The position numbers and the translations under genes are program-made. Under the pieces are notes generated by a model. The model was given only the letters and a program-made list of their open reading frames with translations, searched no databases and was not told the origin of the DNA. A DNA stretch of 56,968 nucleotides from a virus (lineage: Duplodnaviria > Caudoviricetes): positions 1 to 56,968 of the IMG/VR virus record IMGVR_UViG_3300049172_000015. One strand, given 5' to 3'. Every line of letters begins with the position of its first letter. The first letter of the stretch is position 1. Positions 8,247-18,173 of the stretch are shown piece after piece.

Positions 8247-8629
8247 GCCTTGACCCCATCGCTTCGGTGGTCCAGTTCCTTCGAGGCCTGTCGGACCTGC
8301 CTCCGGGCAGTGTCGTCGGCGACATGAACGCTCGTGAGGTGGGGGACACCACGGTCTACGTAGAGCACAACGGTGGCTATCGAGTTGTCCGGGACTGCAT
8401 GGACCGCGTGTTCGTCTCGTACGAGGTCTACGACCTTGACAGGGAGAAGGCCGCGGAACTGGCCTTCCTTGTCCGGAACCACCTCCTGACTGGTCTGCGT
8501 GCCGTGACCGTTGGGTCTATGTACTTCCTGGACGCTCATGACGAAGAGCTTCCGAACTACGAGCCCGACGCCAACAGCCGAGAGCACGTCTACTGCGGGG
8601 AAGTGTCCCTGTACTACACCGAAGCCTGA
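8243..8629 (+). CDS. Tail terminator
   Basis: Size and position before the major tail gene. Confidence 0.7.
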   Translation: MSLDPIASVVQFLRGLSDLPPGSVVGDMNAREVGDTTVYVEHNGGYRVVRDCMDRVFVSYEVYDLDREKAAELAFLVRNHLLTGLRAVTVGSMYFLDAHDEELPNYEPDANSREHVYCGEVSLYYTEA

Positions 8630-8643
8630 CTAGACATCTTCCC

Positions 8644-8674
8644 AACGGCTCCTTATGGGGGCCGTTTTTTGTTT
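8644..8674 (+). terminator. Intrinsic terminator-like hairpin before the major tail gene
   Basis: AACGGCTCC-TTAT-GGGGCCGTT followed by TTTTGTTT. Confidence 0.7.
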
Positions 8675-8697
8675 GCCCCCATCTGTGAGGAGAGCAC

Positions 8698-9288
8698 ATG
8701 CCTTCTGGAAATGCTGAAAAGATCCGGTTTGCTCCGGATGGAATGATCTACCTTGCCCCTGTCGGGGGCTCCCTGGTTCTACCTACCGAGGTCGGTGACG
8801 GTCTTACCGCGCCTGCCGGCTTCAAGGCACTTGGATACGTTTCAGAGAACGGTGTCACCATGACTCCGTCTATCCAGACCACGCCCCTGCCGGCCTGGCA
8901 GTCCGCGGCTCCGGTCCTCTACAACGTTGACTCTGCTGCCTTCCAGCTTCAGGCGACTCTGCTTGAGGCTTCGAAGCTCGTCACTGAGACGTTCTTCGGT
9001 GCGGAGTGGCAGGAGGTTGTTGAGGACGTTGCCGGTACTCCGACCCCCACGGGTGAGTACCGCCTGAACCTCTCCAGCCTGCCTGAGCTGAAGGAGTTCG
9101 CAATCGTCGTGGACTGGAAGTACAAGGCGAACCTTTGGCGTGCGGTCATCAGCCGTTCCATGGTTGCCGAGCGAGGGGCCATCACCCTTCAGCGGACCCA
9201 GAGCCAGCAGTTCGAGCTGACGATTGACGCCATGGACTCGGACGGCAGCCTTGGCTACGTCCTCACGACTGAGGACATGAGCGCCTGA
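8698..9288 (+). CDS. Major tail (tube) protein
   Basis: GMIYLAP, FKALGYVSENGVT and AWQS motifs. Confidence 0.88.
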   Translation: MPSGNAEKIRFAPDGMIYLAPVGGSLVLPTEVGDGLTAPAGFKALGYVSENGVTMTPSIQTTPLPAWQSAAPVLYNVDSAAFQLQATLLEASKLVTETFFGAEWQEVVEDVAGTPTPTGEYRLNLSSLPELKEFAIVVDWKYKANLWRAVISRSMVAERGAITLQRTQSQQFELTIDAMDSDGSLGYVLTTEDMSA

Positions 9289-9382
9289 TTTTTGCGCTCT
9301 CATAGTTGATTCGAGACCTTGCCGGGGGGTCTGAAAAATCCCGGCACCTCTCTCTCACTCACTCATGTTCCTGGAGATTCCC

Positions 9383-10128
9383 ATGCCTGCTGCTGCGCGT
9401 AAGACTGCTGCCCCAAAGACTGTGAATGCCGCTAAGGCGGCTGAGGCTGTTCACGAGGAGAAGACCGAGGACGAAGAGCCGAAGGTCAACACCTTTGAGT
9501 ACAAGGGTACGACCTACTCTGTGCCGGCTGATCCGCTGGACCTTCCGCTTGAAGTTGGCCTGGCTGAGTCCGAGTTCGAGATTGCTCAGGAGATCGTTGG
9601 TCCTGATCAGTGGTTGGAGTTCCGGAAGACTCGCCCGACCATCCGACAGTTCCAGGCGTTCCTTGAGCTTGTTCTTGAGGCTGCTGGCTACGGCGATTCG
9701 GGAAACTGATACTGACCGTCCGATGCCTGGGAGAGTTCAGCGATGAACTCGAAGCAGACCTCAAGGAGTTCTTCCAAGAGGATCTGCGCGACTACTGGCG
9801 CGGGCGGTTGTCTCTCCGACAGATCAGCGTATACATCAAGTCCCTCATGAGGAAGCCGGGTAGGTCGACCCTCCTCATGGCTATGGACGAGTCCACGGAG
9901 TGGGGCGTTGAGCAGTACCTCATGGCTCGAATCTCCGACGCCTTGGAGCTGTCCAACTACCTCTTCATTCAAGCGAACTCAGGTGAGGACTCCGAAGAGA
10001 TTCCTGTACCTGAACCTGTACGCCGGCCTGGTGACCCGGACGTGGTTGTCCAAGAGAAGCCCAAACCCGAGGAGTTCGCGTCTGGCCATGAAGTGGCCGC
10101 GTGGTTCGCCAACATGAATGGCTTGTAG
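9383..10128 (+). CDS. Tail assembly chaperones G (9383-9709) and GT via a -1 frameshift at GGGAAAC (9700-9706)
   Basis: X XXY YYZ slippery site just before TGA; -1 frame open to 10128 (EADLKEFFQEDLRDYW...). Confidence 0.88.
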
Positions 10129-10136
10129 GAGGCCGT

Positions 10137-13100
10137 ATGGCTACGACTGGCAGCGGCCGGGGACCTATCAAGGTCGGAAGCGGCTACATCGACGTCTTCC
10201 CAAAGATCAACCAGAAGCAGCTTCGAGAAGCCAGAGCTCAGCTCGAAAAGCAGATGGGGGCCTCTGGGAAGAAGGCTGGCAAGGCTCTCTCGGATGGCAT
10301 CTCAACTCAGCTTGCCAACATCCCCAAGAAGGTTGCTCAGGCCTCTCAGAAGGCCCAGAGGGAGCTTCAGAAGGGTGCCCAAGACTCCAAGAAGGTCCTG
10401 AAGAGGATTGAGCAGGAGATCACTCGGGACTACGGCAAGGAAGCTGGTAAGAGGTTCCGTGAGGCCGCGGAGCTGGAGAAGAAGAAGGCCAAGCTCCTCC
10501 AGAACACCTCTGCTGAGACTCGTCGGGCTCTTCAGACGACTCTCCGGGAAGAACAGCAGGCAGCCCGAACCACAGCTCAGGCCTGGCAGACGGCTGAGCG
10601 TGAACGCATCCGGATGATTCGGGAGCGTCAGCAGGCAGCCGAGAGGGCTGCTCGTGAGGAAGCTGCTGCTCAGCGCAGGGCACAACAGCAGATGCGTGAG
10701 GAGGTTCGACGCACTCTAGCTGAGGCTCGTACTGCCCGACTCGCTGACCTCCGTAGCCAAATGGACTCCCAGCGGGACCAGGTTGCGTCCCTCCGAAACC
10801 AACTCCGCGACTACCGCAGACAGATGCAGGATCATCAGCGGTCCATCGGTCGTGGTCTCACTGACCTCCGTACTGGTTGGCGTCGACAGGGCGAGGCTGT
10901 TGAGCGTCTCGGTACCAACATCGTTGAGACCGGACGACTCGTAACGGCCAATCTTCTCGGCCCCCTTGCTGCTGTCTCCTCAGTTCTGTCCACCATCGGT
11001 ATCCAGTCCGCTGACATGCGGATTCTCGGTCAGATGGGTCTTTCTGCGGCTGGAGTCTCAAAGAAGACTTCTGCCAAGGAAATGATGGAGATTCAGCGGT
11101 ACGCCATTGATACTCCGTTCAGCATCGACACGATGCATGAGTACCAAATGAAGCTCATTCGCTCCATCGCGGGCAATGACAAGACTTGGTATAAGAAAGA
11201 GACCAAGGGCGCTGCTGCTGACCGTGCAGCCGGTAAGACCACGGACATCATCAAGGCCATTGGCGACACCATGGCTCGGGCCGGAAACCTGGACCCCGAG
11301 ATGTTCAAACGGGCCATGTATGCGACTGACCGCATCATGGACATGGACAAGGCCCCGACGAGGAACATCAACCAGCTTGTCCAGGCAACTGGTATTCCTG
11401 CCGGTGAGTTGGCCCGCATGTTCGGCTTCCAGAACGCAGGTGAATTCTGGAAGCAGGTTGGTACGCCCGTCGCCAAGGGTGGCGGTATCTCCGGTCAGGA
11501 CATGATTAACAATCTGCTCCAGGCCTGGGACCCGAATTACTTCGAAAAGGGCAAGAACGGCAAGCTGAAGATTGACCCGAAGACGGGTCAGCCGATCGTC
11601 AACTCTGGCGCTCACAGCACTGAGGGTGGTTCGGCCGGCTACGGCGAGAGAATGACCTCTGCCACCATTACAGGCCGGATCTCCCAGATGAAGGAGCGGG
11701 CTCAGTTCGAGCTTGGTTCTCTCTTCGCCACTGAGGGAGAAGACGGACAGTACAAGTACACGGGCCTTGGTGAGTCCATCATGGGCAAGGCCACGGGCAC
11801 GGACAAGAATGGTAACACCGTCTATGAGGGTGGTCTTCTTCAGAGCATTCAGAAGCTCGGAGGAGATCAGAAGGACAACGTAAGCACGCTCCTCAAGACG
11901 TTCTTCGAGTCCATCGGCATTTTCGTCGATCAAATCCAGTGGTTCTCTGACTGGCTAAACGCTCACCCCCAGGTCAAGGAAGTCTTCGCCAACCTCCTCA
12001 AGATGGCTGCGGCGGCACTGCCGTTCATCATTGCTATGGGCCTCCTCACGAAGACCTTCGGCAAGGTGAACAAGATTCTGGCTGCTGCTCTGTCCCCTCT
12101 GGCTGGCATGTTCAAGGGCATGCAGGGAGCCGTGCGGACGGGCCGTCAGGTCCGGGCCGGTGTCCAGTCTCGCCGTGAGGGTGGTTCCTTCCGCGAAGGC
12201 TACCGGGACCGTCGTACCGAGCTGCGTGACGGAGACACCCGTGGTCCCCTGGCTCGTACTCGTGACAGGGCCACTGGCCGTAACTCGAACCTGGACAACC
12301 TCCGGGGTCAGGTCCGGGACACAGAGGATGCCATCAGGCAGACCGAGGAGAGCATCACCGACCTCCAGCGCCAAATCCGGGAAGTCAACTCGGTCTCTAT
12401 CCGTCAGCTCGTTGACCGCTTCGCCGGCTCATCCGGCAACGGCAGCCTCCAGGGCGCAGCCAACAACGCTGGCAACCAGGTCAACACCGTCCGTACTCAG
12501 GTTGGGGAGCTGAACCGAGCTGGTCTCGGAACTCTCTCCGGTGAGGTCGAAGGCCTCCGGGAGAAGGTCCGGAACCTCCTCCAGGAGGTCAGAAACACCA
12601 ACTCCTCCGTTGGCTCCCTGAACGACAAGAAGCTGACCTCCCTGAAGGTCACTGTGGACACCACCGAAGGGGTGGTGAGCGACCTCAAGAACAAGGTCGA
12701 CAACACCTCACTCTCTGTCGGAGATCTAAACGGCAAGAGCCTCGGCCGGCTCCGGGACCAGATCCGGGACACGATCAAGACGGCATCTGACCTTGAGAGC
12801 AAGATTAAGGATGTCCGAGGTCGTGTCACCAACCTGAACGGTGCCGGCCTTGGCAACGTCCGGAAGCAGTTCAATCAGCTCAACTCCGCGGCCAATGAGG
12901 TCTACAAGACCGTGGGTACCACGAAGTCTGGGGTCAACGGCCGTATAACGACTCTCAACGGTCGGAGCCTGAAGAGCATCATCGGTCACGTCAAGGACTT
13001 GAAGGATGCTCTGGACAATGCCGACGGTAAGGCTGAAAACCTCAACAGTTCCCTCGGGGACATCTCCAAGCATGCACCCGGTGGAGGTGGCTCCACTTCA

Positions 13101-14708
13101 AAGAAGAAGCGGGCTAGGGGTGGTCCTATCGGTGTCCTTCCTGGCTACACGCCAGGAAGGGACGTACACACCTTCACCAGTGCCACGGGTGGCCAACTGG
13201 AGCTTTCCGGTGGTGAGTCGGTCATGCGTCCTGAGTGGACTGCTGCTGTTGGTCCCCAGGCAGTCAATGAGTTGAACCTGATTGCCCGGACCAAGGGTGT
13301 TCCTGGTGTCCGTGAAGCAATGAAGTTTGCCGATGGAGGCATCATTGGCAAGCTCGGGCTCGGGGGGCTCATTGAAACGGCGAAGGCCTTCAATGTGGGC
13401 CTGGACGTCATTGGTGCCGCCCGAACGATGGACATGGACAGCTCTTCTCGTCCCCTCGGTGGCGGCGTTCAGCGAGGAATCATCGGTTCTGGAACGGACG
13501 GAGCCCGCTTCATCGGTGGGGACGTGTCCAACAGGCTCAACACGATGTACAACTTCATGTCTGGGGACATCTGGACTGGCCTGAGGAGGCTTCCTACTGG
13601 TTTCAGTCAGATTCTCGGCATGATCGGAGGGGCTCTAGCTCCTGTGGCCGGTGAACATTTCTGGGACGACGTTTGGAAGGGCAACGGAAACATCCTGGAG
13701 CGGGGTAATCGCTTCATGAGTCACATGTTCACGCCGAGCACCCTTACCGATATTGTCACTGGCCTGTTCAGTAACGCCTTTGATTCAGTGAAGGGTCTTT
13801 TCAACGCCGCTAAGTCGCTTGTAACCGACCCGATGGGGACTGTCAAGGACACCATTGGTGGCGTCTGGGAGATGGCCACCGAGTCCTATGACGGTGTGAT
13901 CAACACCGTCAAGGGAATGAAGGAGATCTGGCAGAGTCCGAAGGACTACGCAAGTCAGGTCGTTGGCGATATCTACTCCACGGCCAAGGAGTCCCTCCCG
14001 AACATGGAGGGCCTGTTCGACTTCTCCAACAAGGACAAGCTTTCTGTTTCCATGCCCAACCTTGACAAGCTTCTTGAGACGGGTGGGCCTGGTACGGCTA
14101 GGGCCCTTATGTGGGCCCGTACGCAGAACGGGAAGCCTTACCAGTGGGGAGGAAACGGGAATCCCTCGTGGGACTGCTCCGGGTTCATGAGTGCTATTGA
14201 GTCCGTAATCCGCGGACAGAAGCCGCACCGCCGTTGGGCTACTGGTTCGTTCCGCGGCTCAAGTGCTCCCGATGGATGGGTTCGAGGCCTCAAGTCTCCA
14301 TTCATGATTGGTGTCACCAACGCAGGGGTCGGGCACACGGCAGGGACGATTAATGGCGTCAACGTGGAATCGAGAGGTGGAGACGGAGTTGTTGTGGGCC
14401 CCGGAGCAAGAGGCTTCAACAGCAGCCTGTTCACCGATGTCTACGGATTCCGCCCCTCAATCCCCAAGGGCTACTACGCCGGGACGCTTTCCGCGTCTCC
14501 CGGATTGGCTCTGGTGGGCGAGAAGGGTCCGGAGCTGGTGAATTTCAAGGGTGGAGAACGGGTCTACAACAACCAGGAGACCACTGACCTGATGGCCGGA
14601 AGCCGTCCGGTGTATCTGACCGTGAACGAGGCCAAGGCCGAGAGCACGCCACAAGCGGTTCTCCGGGGTTTCCAGTGGATCGACGCCATGTATGGAAACC
14701 GGCTCTAA
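10137..14708 (+). CDS. Tape measure protein with a C-terminal NlpC/P60 peptidoglycan hydrolase domain
   Basis: ~1520 aa helical protein; YAIDTPF; GKPYQWGG..WDCSG...GHT. Confidence 0.93.
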   Translation: MATTGSGRGPIKVGSGYIDVFPKINQKQLREARAQLEKQMGASGKKAGKALSDGISTQLANIPKKVAQASQKAQRELQKGAQDSKKVLKRIEQEITRDYGKEAGKRFREAAELEKKKAKLLQNTSAETRRALQTTLREEQQAARTTAQAWQTAERERIRMIRERQQAAERAAREEAAAQRRAQQQMREEVRRTLAEARTARLADLRSQMDSQRDQVASLRNQLRDYRRQMQDHQRSIGRGLTDLRTGWRRQGEAVERLGTNIVETGRLVTANLLGPLAAVSSVLSTIGIQSADMRILGQMGLSAAGVSKKTSAKEMMEIQRYAIDTPFSIDTMHEYQMKLIRSIAGNDKTWYKKETKGAAADRAAGKTTDIIKAIGDTMARAGNLDPEMFKRAMYATDRIMDMDKAPTRNINQLVQATGIPAGELARMFGFQNAGEFWKQVGTPVAKGGGISGQDMINNLLQAWDPNYFEKGKNGKLKIDPKTGQPIVNSGAHSTEGGSAGYGERMTSATITGRISQMKERAQFELGSLFATEGEDGQYKYTGLGESIMGKATGTDKNGNTVYEGGLLQSIQKLGGDQKDNVSTLLKTFFESIGIFVDQIQWFSDWLNAHPQVKEVFANLLKMAAAALPFIIAMGLLTKTFGKVNKILAAALSPLAGMFKGMQGAVRTGRQVRAGVQSRREGGSFREGYRDRRTELRDGDTRGPLARTRDRATGRNSNLDNLRGQVRDTEDAIRQTEESITDLQRQIREVNSVSIRQLVDRFAGSSGNGSLQGAANNAGNQVNTVRTQVGELNRAGLGTLSGEVEGLREKVRNLLQEVRNTNSSVGSLNDKKLTSLKVTVDTTEGVVSDLKNKVDNTSLSVGDLNGKSLGRLRDQIRDTIKTASDLESKIKDVRGRVTNLNGAGLGNVRKQFNQLNSAANEVYKTVGTTKSGVNGRITTLNGRSLKSIIGHVKDLKDALDNADGKAENLNSSLGDISKHAPGGGGSTSKKKRARGGPIGVLPGYTPGRDVHTFTSATGGQLELSGGESVMRPEWTAAVGPQAVNELNLIARTKGVPGVREAMKFADGGIIGKLGLGGLIETAKAFNVGLDVIGAARTMDMDSSSRPLGGGVQRGIIGSGTDGARFIGGDVSNRLNTMYNFMSGDIWTGLRRLPTGFSQILGMIGGALAPVAGEHFWDDVWKGNGNILERGNRFMSHMFTPSTLTDIVTGLFSNAFDSVKGLFNAAKSLVTDPMGTVKDTIGGVWEMATESYDGVINTVKGMKEIWQSPKDYASQVVGDIYSTAKESLPNMEGLFDFSNKDKLSVSMPNLDKLLETGGPGTARALMWARTQNGKPYQWGGNGNPSWDCSGFMSAIESVIRGQKPHRRWATGSFRGSSAPDGWVRGLKSPFMIGVTNAGVGHTAGTINGVNVESRGGDGVVVGPGARGFNSSLFTDVYGFRPSIPKGYYAGTLSASPGLALVGEKGPELVNFKGGERVYNNQETTDLMAGSRPVYLTVNEAKAESTPQAVLRGFQWIDAMYGNRL

Positions 14709-14723
14709 GAAAGGGGTGGATGC

Positions 14724-15716
14724 ATGCCTATTCCGGTGCTACGGAGGGTGCCGACAGTACCCGTGCCAACGGGCCCTCAACCACCTCAGCGGGTGCACTG
14801 GGGGAGGACGTACGTGTCCATCCAAGGGAAGAACGGTGAGGGGGAGGAAATCCCCCTCACCAACTTCTCTAATAGCAGGTGGCCAGGCATTGTGATGATG
14901 CCTGGTGCCACAGGCCTGGACGCACCTCCCTTTGAGCTGCACGCGGACGACAGTCCGAACCTGGACGGGGGGATCTTCCGCGATGCCAGGGCTGTTGCAC
15001 GAGAAATCATGCTTCCGATCTACCTGCACGGGATCGACCGGAAGACCATCCGAGATCTGAAGAGCCGCCTCGTCTCCAACCTGAATCCCAAGAAGGGGTT
15101 CTGTGTCCTGAAGTTCATTGAGGGCGATGCAGTGCCGCGGTACATCCACTGCTACTACAAGGGCGGTATGGAAGGTAGCGAAGCCGTGGACCAGGCCGGC
15201 TTCACCTGGAAGAAGTTCGGGATCCAACTCACTGCCTACGATCCGTGGTTCTACTCGGATGACATTCAGGTTGCTCAATGGGATTTCGGTGGTGGGGAAC
15301 CCTTCCTCTCCACCACGGAAGCCTTCTACCCTCTTCGGCTCAACGCCGGCATGGTGTCCGGCTCTGAGGTCATCGTTCAGAATCCTGGCGATGTAGAAGC
15401 CTGGCCCCGCTGGGAACTGACCGGCCCCATCAAGGGCTTTGAGTTCACCAGCCCTGATGGACAGTCCTTCGGTGTAACCGCCCCTGGGGATGGCTCCAAC
15501 ACCATCCCTGGTGGTCGCACTCTCACTGTCGACACACGACCAGGATTCAAGTCCCTGAGGGATGACCTGGGCACGAACTACTGGCCCGAATTGGACGCCA
15601 GCCCCCAACTCTGGGCGATACCGGAAGGCGAGTCGACATGCACCGTGGACATCGTCCCCGGGTCTTCCACAGCAAAGGTGAGGCTGGTCTTCCAGCCGAG
15701 ATACGAGGGCTACTGA
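14724..15716 (+). CDS. Distal tail (Dit) protein
   Basis: LTAYDPWFY, NPGDVEAWP; follows the tape measure gene. Confidence 0.85.
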   Translation: MPIPVLRRVPTVPVPTGPQPPQRVHWGRTYVSIQGKNGEGEEIPLTNFSNSRWPGIVMMPGATGLDAPPFELHADDSPNLDGGIFRDARAVAREIMLPIYLHGIDRKTIRDLKSRLVSNLNPKKGFCVLKFIEGDAVPRYIHCYYKGGMEGSEAVDQAGFTWKKFGIQLTAYDPWFYSDDIQVAQWDFGGGEPFLSTTEAFYPLRLNAGMVSGSEVIVQNPGDVEAWPRWELTGPIKGFEFTSPDGQSFGVTAPGDGSNTIPGGRTLTVDTRPGFKSLRDDLGTNYWPELDASPQLWAIPEGESTCTVDIVPGSSTAKVRLVFQPRYEGY

Positions 15717-15717
15717 T

Positions 15718-17103
15718 ATGGGATACAGGATCGAGGTACGTGATAAGGAGCTGAACCGAATAGGAGAGATTGACACCTGGATTCAGCTTGACATGGTGAT
15801 TCAGTTCTGTGATCAGGGCTCCTGGAAGCTCCTGGTCAAAGCTGGTACACCGCAGGCGGAACTTCTCCAGCGAGGTGGAGGTGTCGCCATCTACCAAGAT
15901 GGCGTAGAGAAGCCTGTCCTCACTGGCCAGATTGAAGACTTCCAAAAGTATTGGACTGTCCAGCAGCACTCTTCGACAGGCTCCGTCTTCGTCGGAGGTA
16001 AGACAGACAACAAGCTTGCCTACTCCAGACTCGCGTTCGTCGATCCTGCCCGTGCCCTCTCACAGCAGTACCAGACAGCCAACGACACACGCATTGTTGC
16101 GAAGTCCGCCGCTTCAGCAGTCTGGTACGAGGTGGAAAAATCCCTCGGTCCAACTGCTCTGGCCGGCCGCCGGGTTACTGGAGTACAGACAGGGGGGCAA
16201 CCCTCCTTTGGTCCTCTCAAGAAGGACACCCTCCGGTACGACGTGGTTGGGGAGAAGCTCGCTGTCTGGTGCAGTGACAAGAAGACGGGCTGGAGACTCC
16301 TCTACAACCCCAACACTAAGTCGATCGACTTGGACGTGTACCAGCCTAGGGACCTCTCGAAGTCTGTGCGCTTCTCTCCCGAGCTGGGGAACCTGAGGGA
16401 GTACATCTGGACCCTCTCTGCTCCCAAGGTCACTCGGGCGGTTGTGGCTTGCCAGGGAGAAGGTAAGGAACGCTATCTCTGGCAGAAGATTGACTCTGTG
16501 TCGGAGGCCGAATGGAGCCTCCAGATTGAGCAGTTCATTGACCGCAGAGACGTCCCTCTCAAGACTGCTTCGAATGGCCAGCCGACTCTAGTCACGAAGA
16601 TTCAAGAGAACGGCTGGGAAGACATCGGGACCAACCCGGACGGCAACGAATGGACCACGGCTCTTGCAAACGCCAAGAAGGCGTATGAGGATGCGGTAGA
16701 GGCCGGCGACCCCGATACGGACCCCGAGTACGACGCGGTCGTAGCTGCTATCGACGCAGCTAAGCCGGTCGCTGTTGCTTACTACTTGGATGTCATTGAG
16801 CAGGCCGCGGACGAAGTCCTGAAGGAAGGCGAGAAGTCCGGGAACTTTCAGATCTACCCCATTGACACGGAGCAGATCAAGTTTGGCAGGGACTACTTCG
16901 TTGGGGACCTTGTAACTGTAGAGATCGACGGCACTGAGTACGTGGACATGGTTCGCGAAGTCAATATCACCGTTGATGACGGGGGCAACGCACTCACAGT
17001 TGCCCCGAAGATCGGCGAGCAGGGAAGCGGTGATCCCCTGAACTTGTATAAGACCGTGTTCGAGATGCGCGAGAAGCTCCGCAAACTGGAAGCGAGGATG
17101 TAA
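15718..17103 (+). CDS. Baseplate hub/minor tail protein (ReqiPepy6 gp37-like)
   Basis: GEGKER, EQFIDRRD and FGRDYFVGDLVTV. Confidence 0.85.
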   Translation: MGYRIEVRDKELNRIGEIDTWIQLDMVIQFCDQGSWKLLVKAGTPQAELLQRGGGVAIYQDGVEKPVLTGQIEDFQKYWTVQQHSSTGSVFVGGKTDNKLAYSRLAFVDPARALSQQYQTANDTRIVAKSAASAVWYEVEKSLGPTALAGRRVTGVQTGGQPSFGPLKKDTLRYDVVGEKLAVWCSDKKTGWRLLYNPNTKSIDLDVYQPRDLSKSVRFSPELGNLREYIWTLSAPKVTRAVVACQGEGKERYLWQKIDSVSEAEWSLQIEQFIDRRDVPLKTASNGQPTLVTKIQENGWEDIGTNPDGNEWTTALANAKKAYEDAVEAGDPDTDPEYDAVVAAIDAAKPVAVAYYLDVIEQAADEVLKEGEKSGNFQIYPIDTEQIKFGRDYFVGDLVTVEIDGTEYVDMVREVNITVDDGGNALTVAPKIGEQGSGDPLNLYKTVFEMREKLRKLEARM

Positions 17104-17105
17104 AA

Positions 17106-18161
17106 ATGGCAGAAACCAGCTACCCGTTTGCTGAGGACACTGCTGGTGGCGGATCGAAGATGGTCTCTCAGGTTCAGTGGCAGCAGATGTCACACCTGTG
17201 GGCTTCGGATCGAATCGACCTCCAGCTTACGCAGAACAGCACCTACGCCCCTGCGGATCTCCCGTTCTTCGCCTCAATCGTTGGCGCTAACCTCGTCGTC
17301 CAGGCAGGCTCCGCCTGGGTCGGGGGCTTCTACTACAGGAACGATTCCACCTGGTCTCAGGCTGCGCCTACCAACAGTGCAGCCATGCCAAGGATCGACC
17401 TAGTAGTCCTTCGGGCTGACCTCTCCACTGGCTCCGTGAATCTGGCCATCAAGTCAGGCCTCCCTGCACTTCACCCGGTTGAGCCGGCAGTACAGAGGAC
17501 TCCTGGTGGTGTTTGGGAAATGCCTCTGTGGGCCTTCCAGATGAGCGCCAACAACGGGGCCAGGACGCTGCTGGACCGTCGTCGGTTCGACGGCCCTGGA
17601 CAGGTCTGGACGCCTCAGTACGGGGAGGAGATCTCCGAGAGCATCCCTCCGGGCAACTTCATCGTGAACATGGATGCCTACAACGCTGGTTACCAGTACG
17701 AGGGTTTCCGGAGTCGTGATGGCTTCGCCATCACTCGTCACCTCGGCAAGAGGTGGGAGTACACCCCCAGTCTGTTCACGGTGACCGGTCTTCCTCCCGC
17801 GGGTAACCGAAAGGGCTACTGGAGATACATAGCCCCGGGCACCGTCCAGTTCTCCATGGAGATTAGCAACACCTCCACCAAAGAATGCCGCACGACGACC
17901 ACGATCATCGGCTTCACCCTTCCTGTGCCAGCCTCTAAGACGGCACCTTCTTCCTTCTCCGGGTTCCTTGACAACCCGGAAGTCCGAAGCGAGATGCCGA
18001 ACTTCGTAGACATTCCAGCAAGGGCTTCAGGCGGATCCAATGCCTATCTGTACTACCAGAACACAACGACGCTGAAGCAAGGTCTTGATGGCCTTCGCGT
18101 CATTCCAGGCAAGTCCACGCTGTCTGTCTCAGGAGTGTACGAGACGAACGAATTTGACTGA
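17106..18161 (+). CDS. Minor tail protein
   Basis: MAETSYPF, AGSAWVGGFYY, PRIDLVVLR. Confidence 0.8.
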   Translation: MAETSYPFAEDTAGGGSKMVSQVQWQQMSHLWASDRIDLQLTQNSTYAPADLPFFASIVGANLVVQAGSAWVGGFYYRNDSTWSQAAPTNSAAMPRIDLVVLRADLSTGSVNLAIKSGLPALHPVEPAVQRTPGGVWEMPLWAFQMSANNGARTLLDRRRFDGPGQVWTPQYGEEISESIPPGNFIVNMDAYNAGYQYEGFRSRDGFAITRHLGKRWEYTPSLFTVTGLPPAGNRKGYWRYIAPGTVQFSMEISNTSTKECRTTTTIIGFTLPVPASKTAPSSFSGFLDNPEVRSEMPNFVDIPARASGGSNAYLYYQNTTTLKQGLDGLRVIPGKSTLSVSGVYETNEFD

Positions 18162-18173
18162 TAAGGGGCTCAC

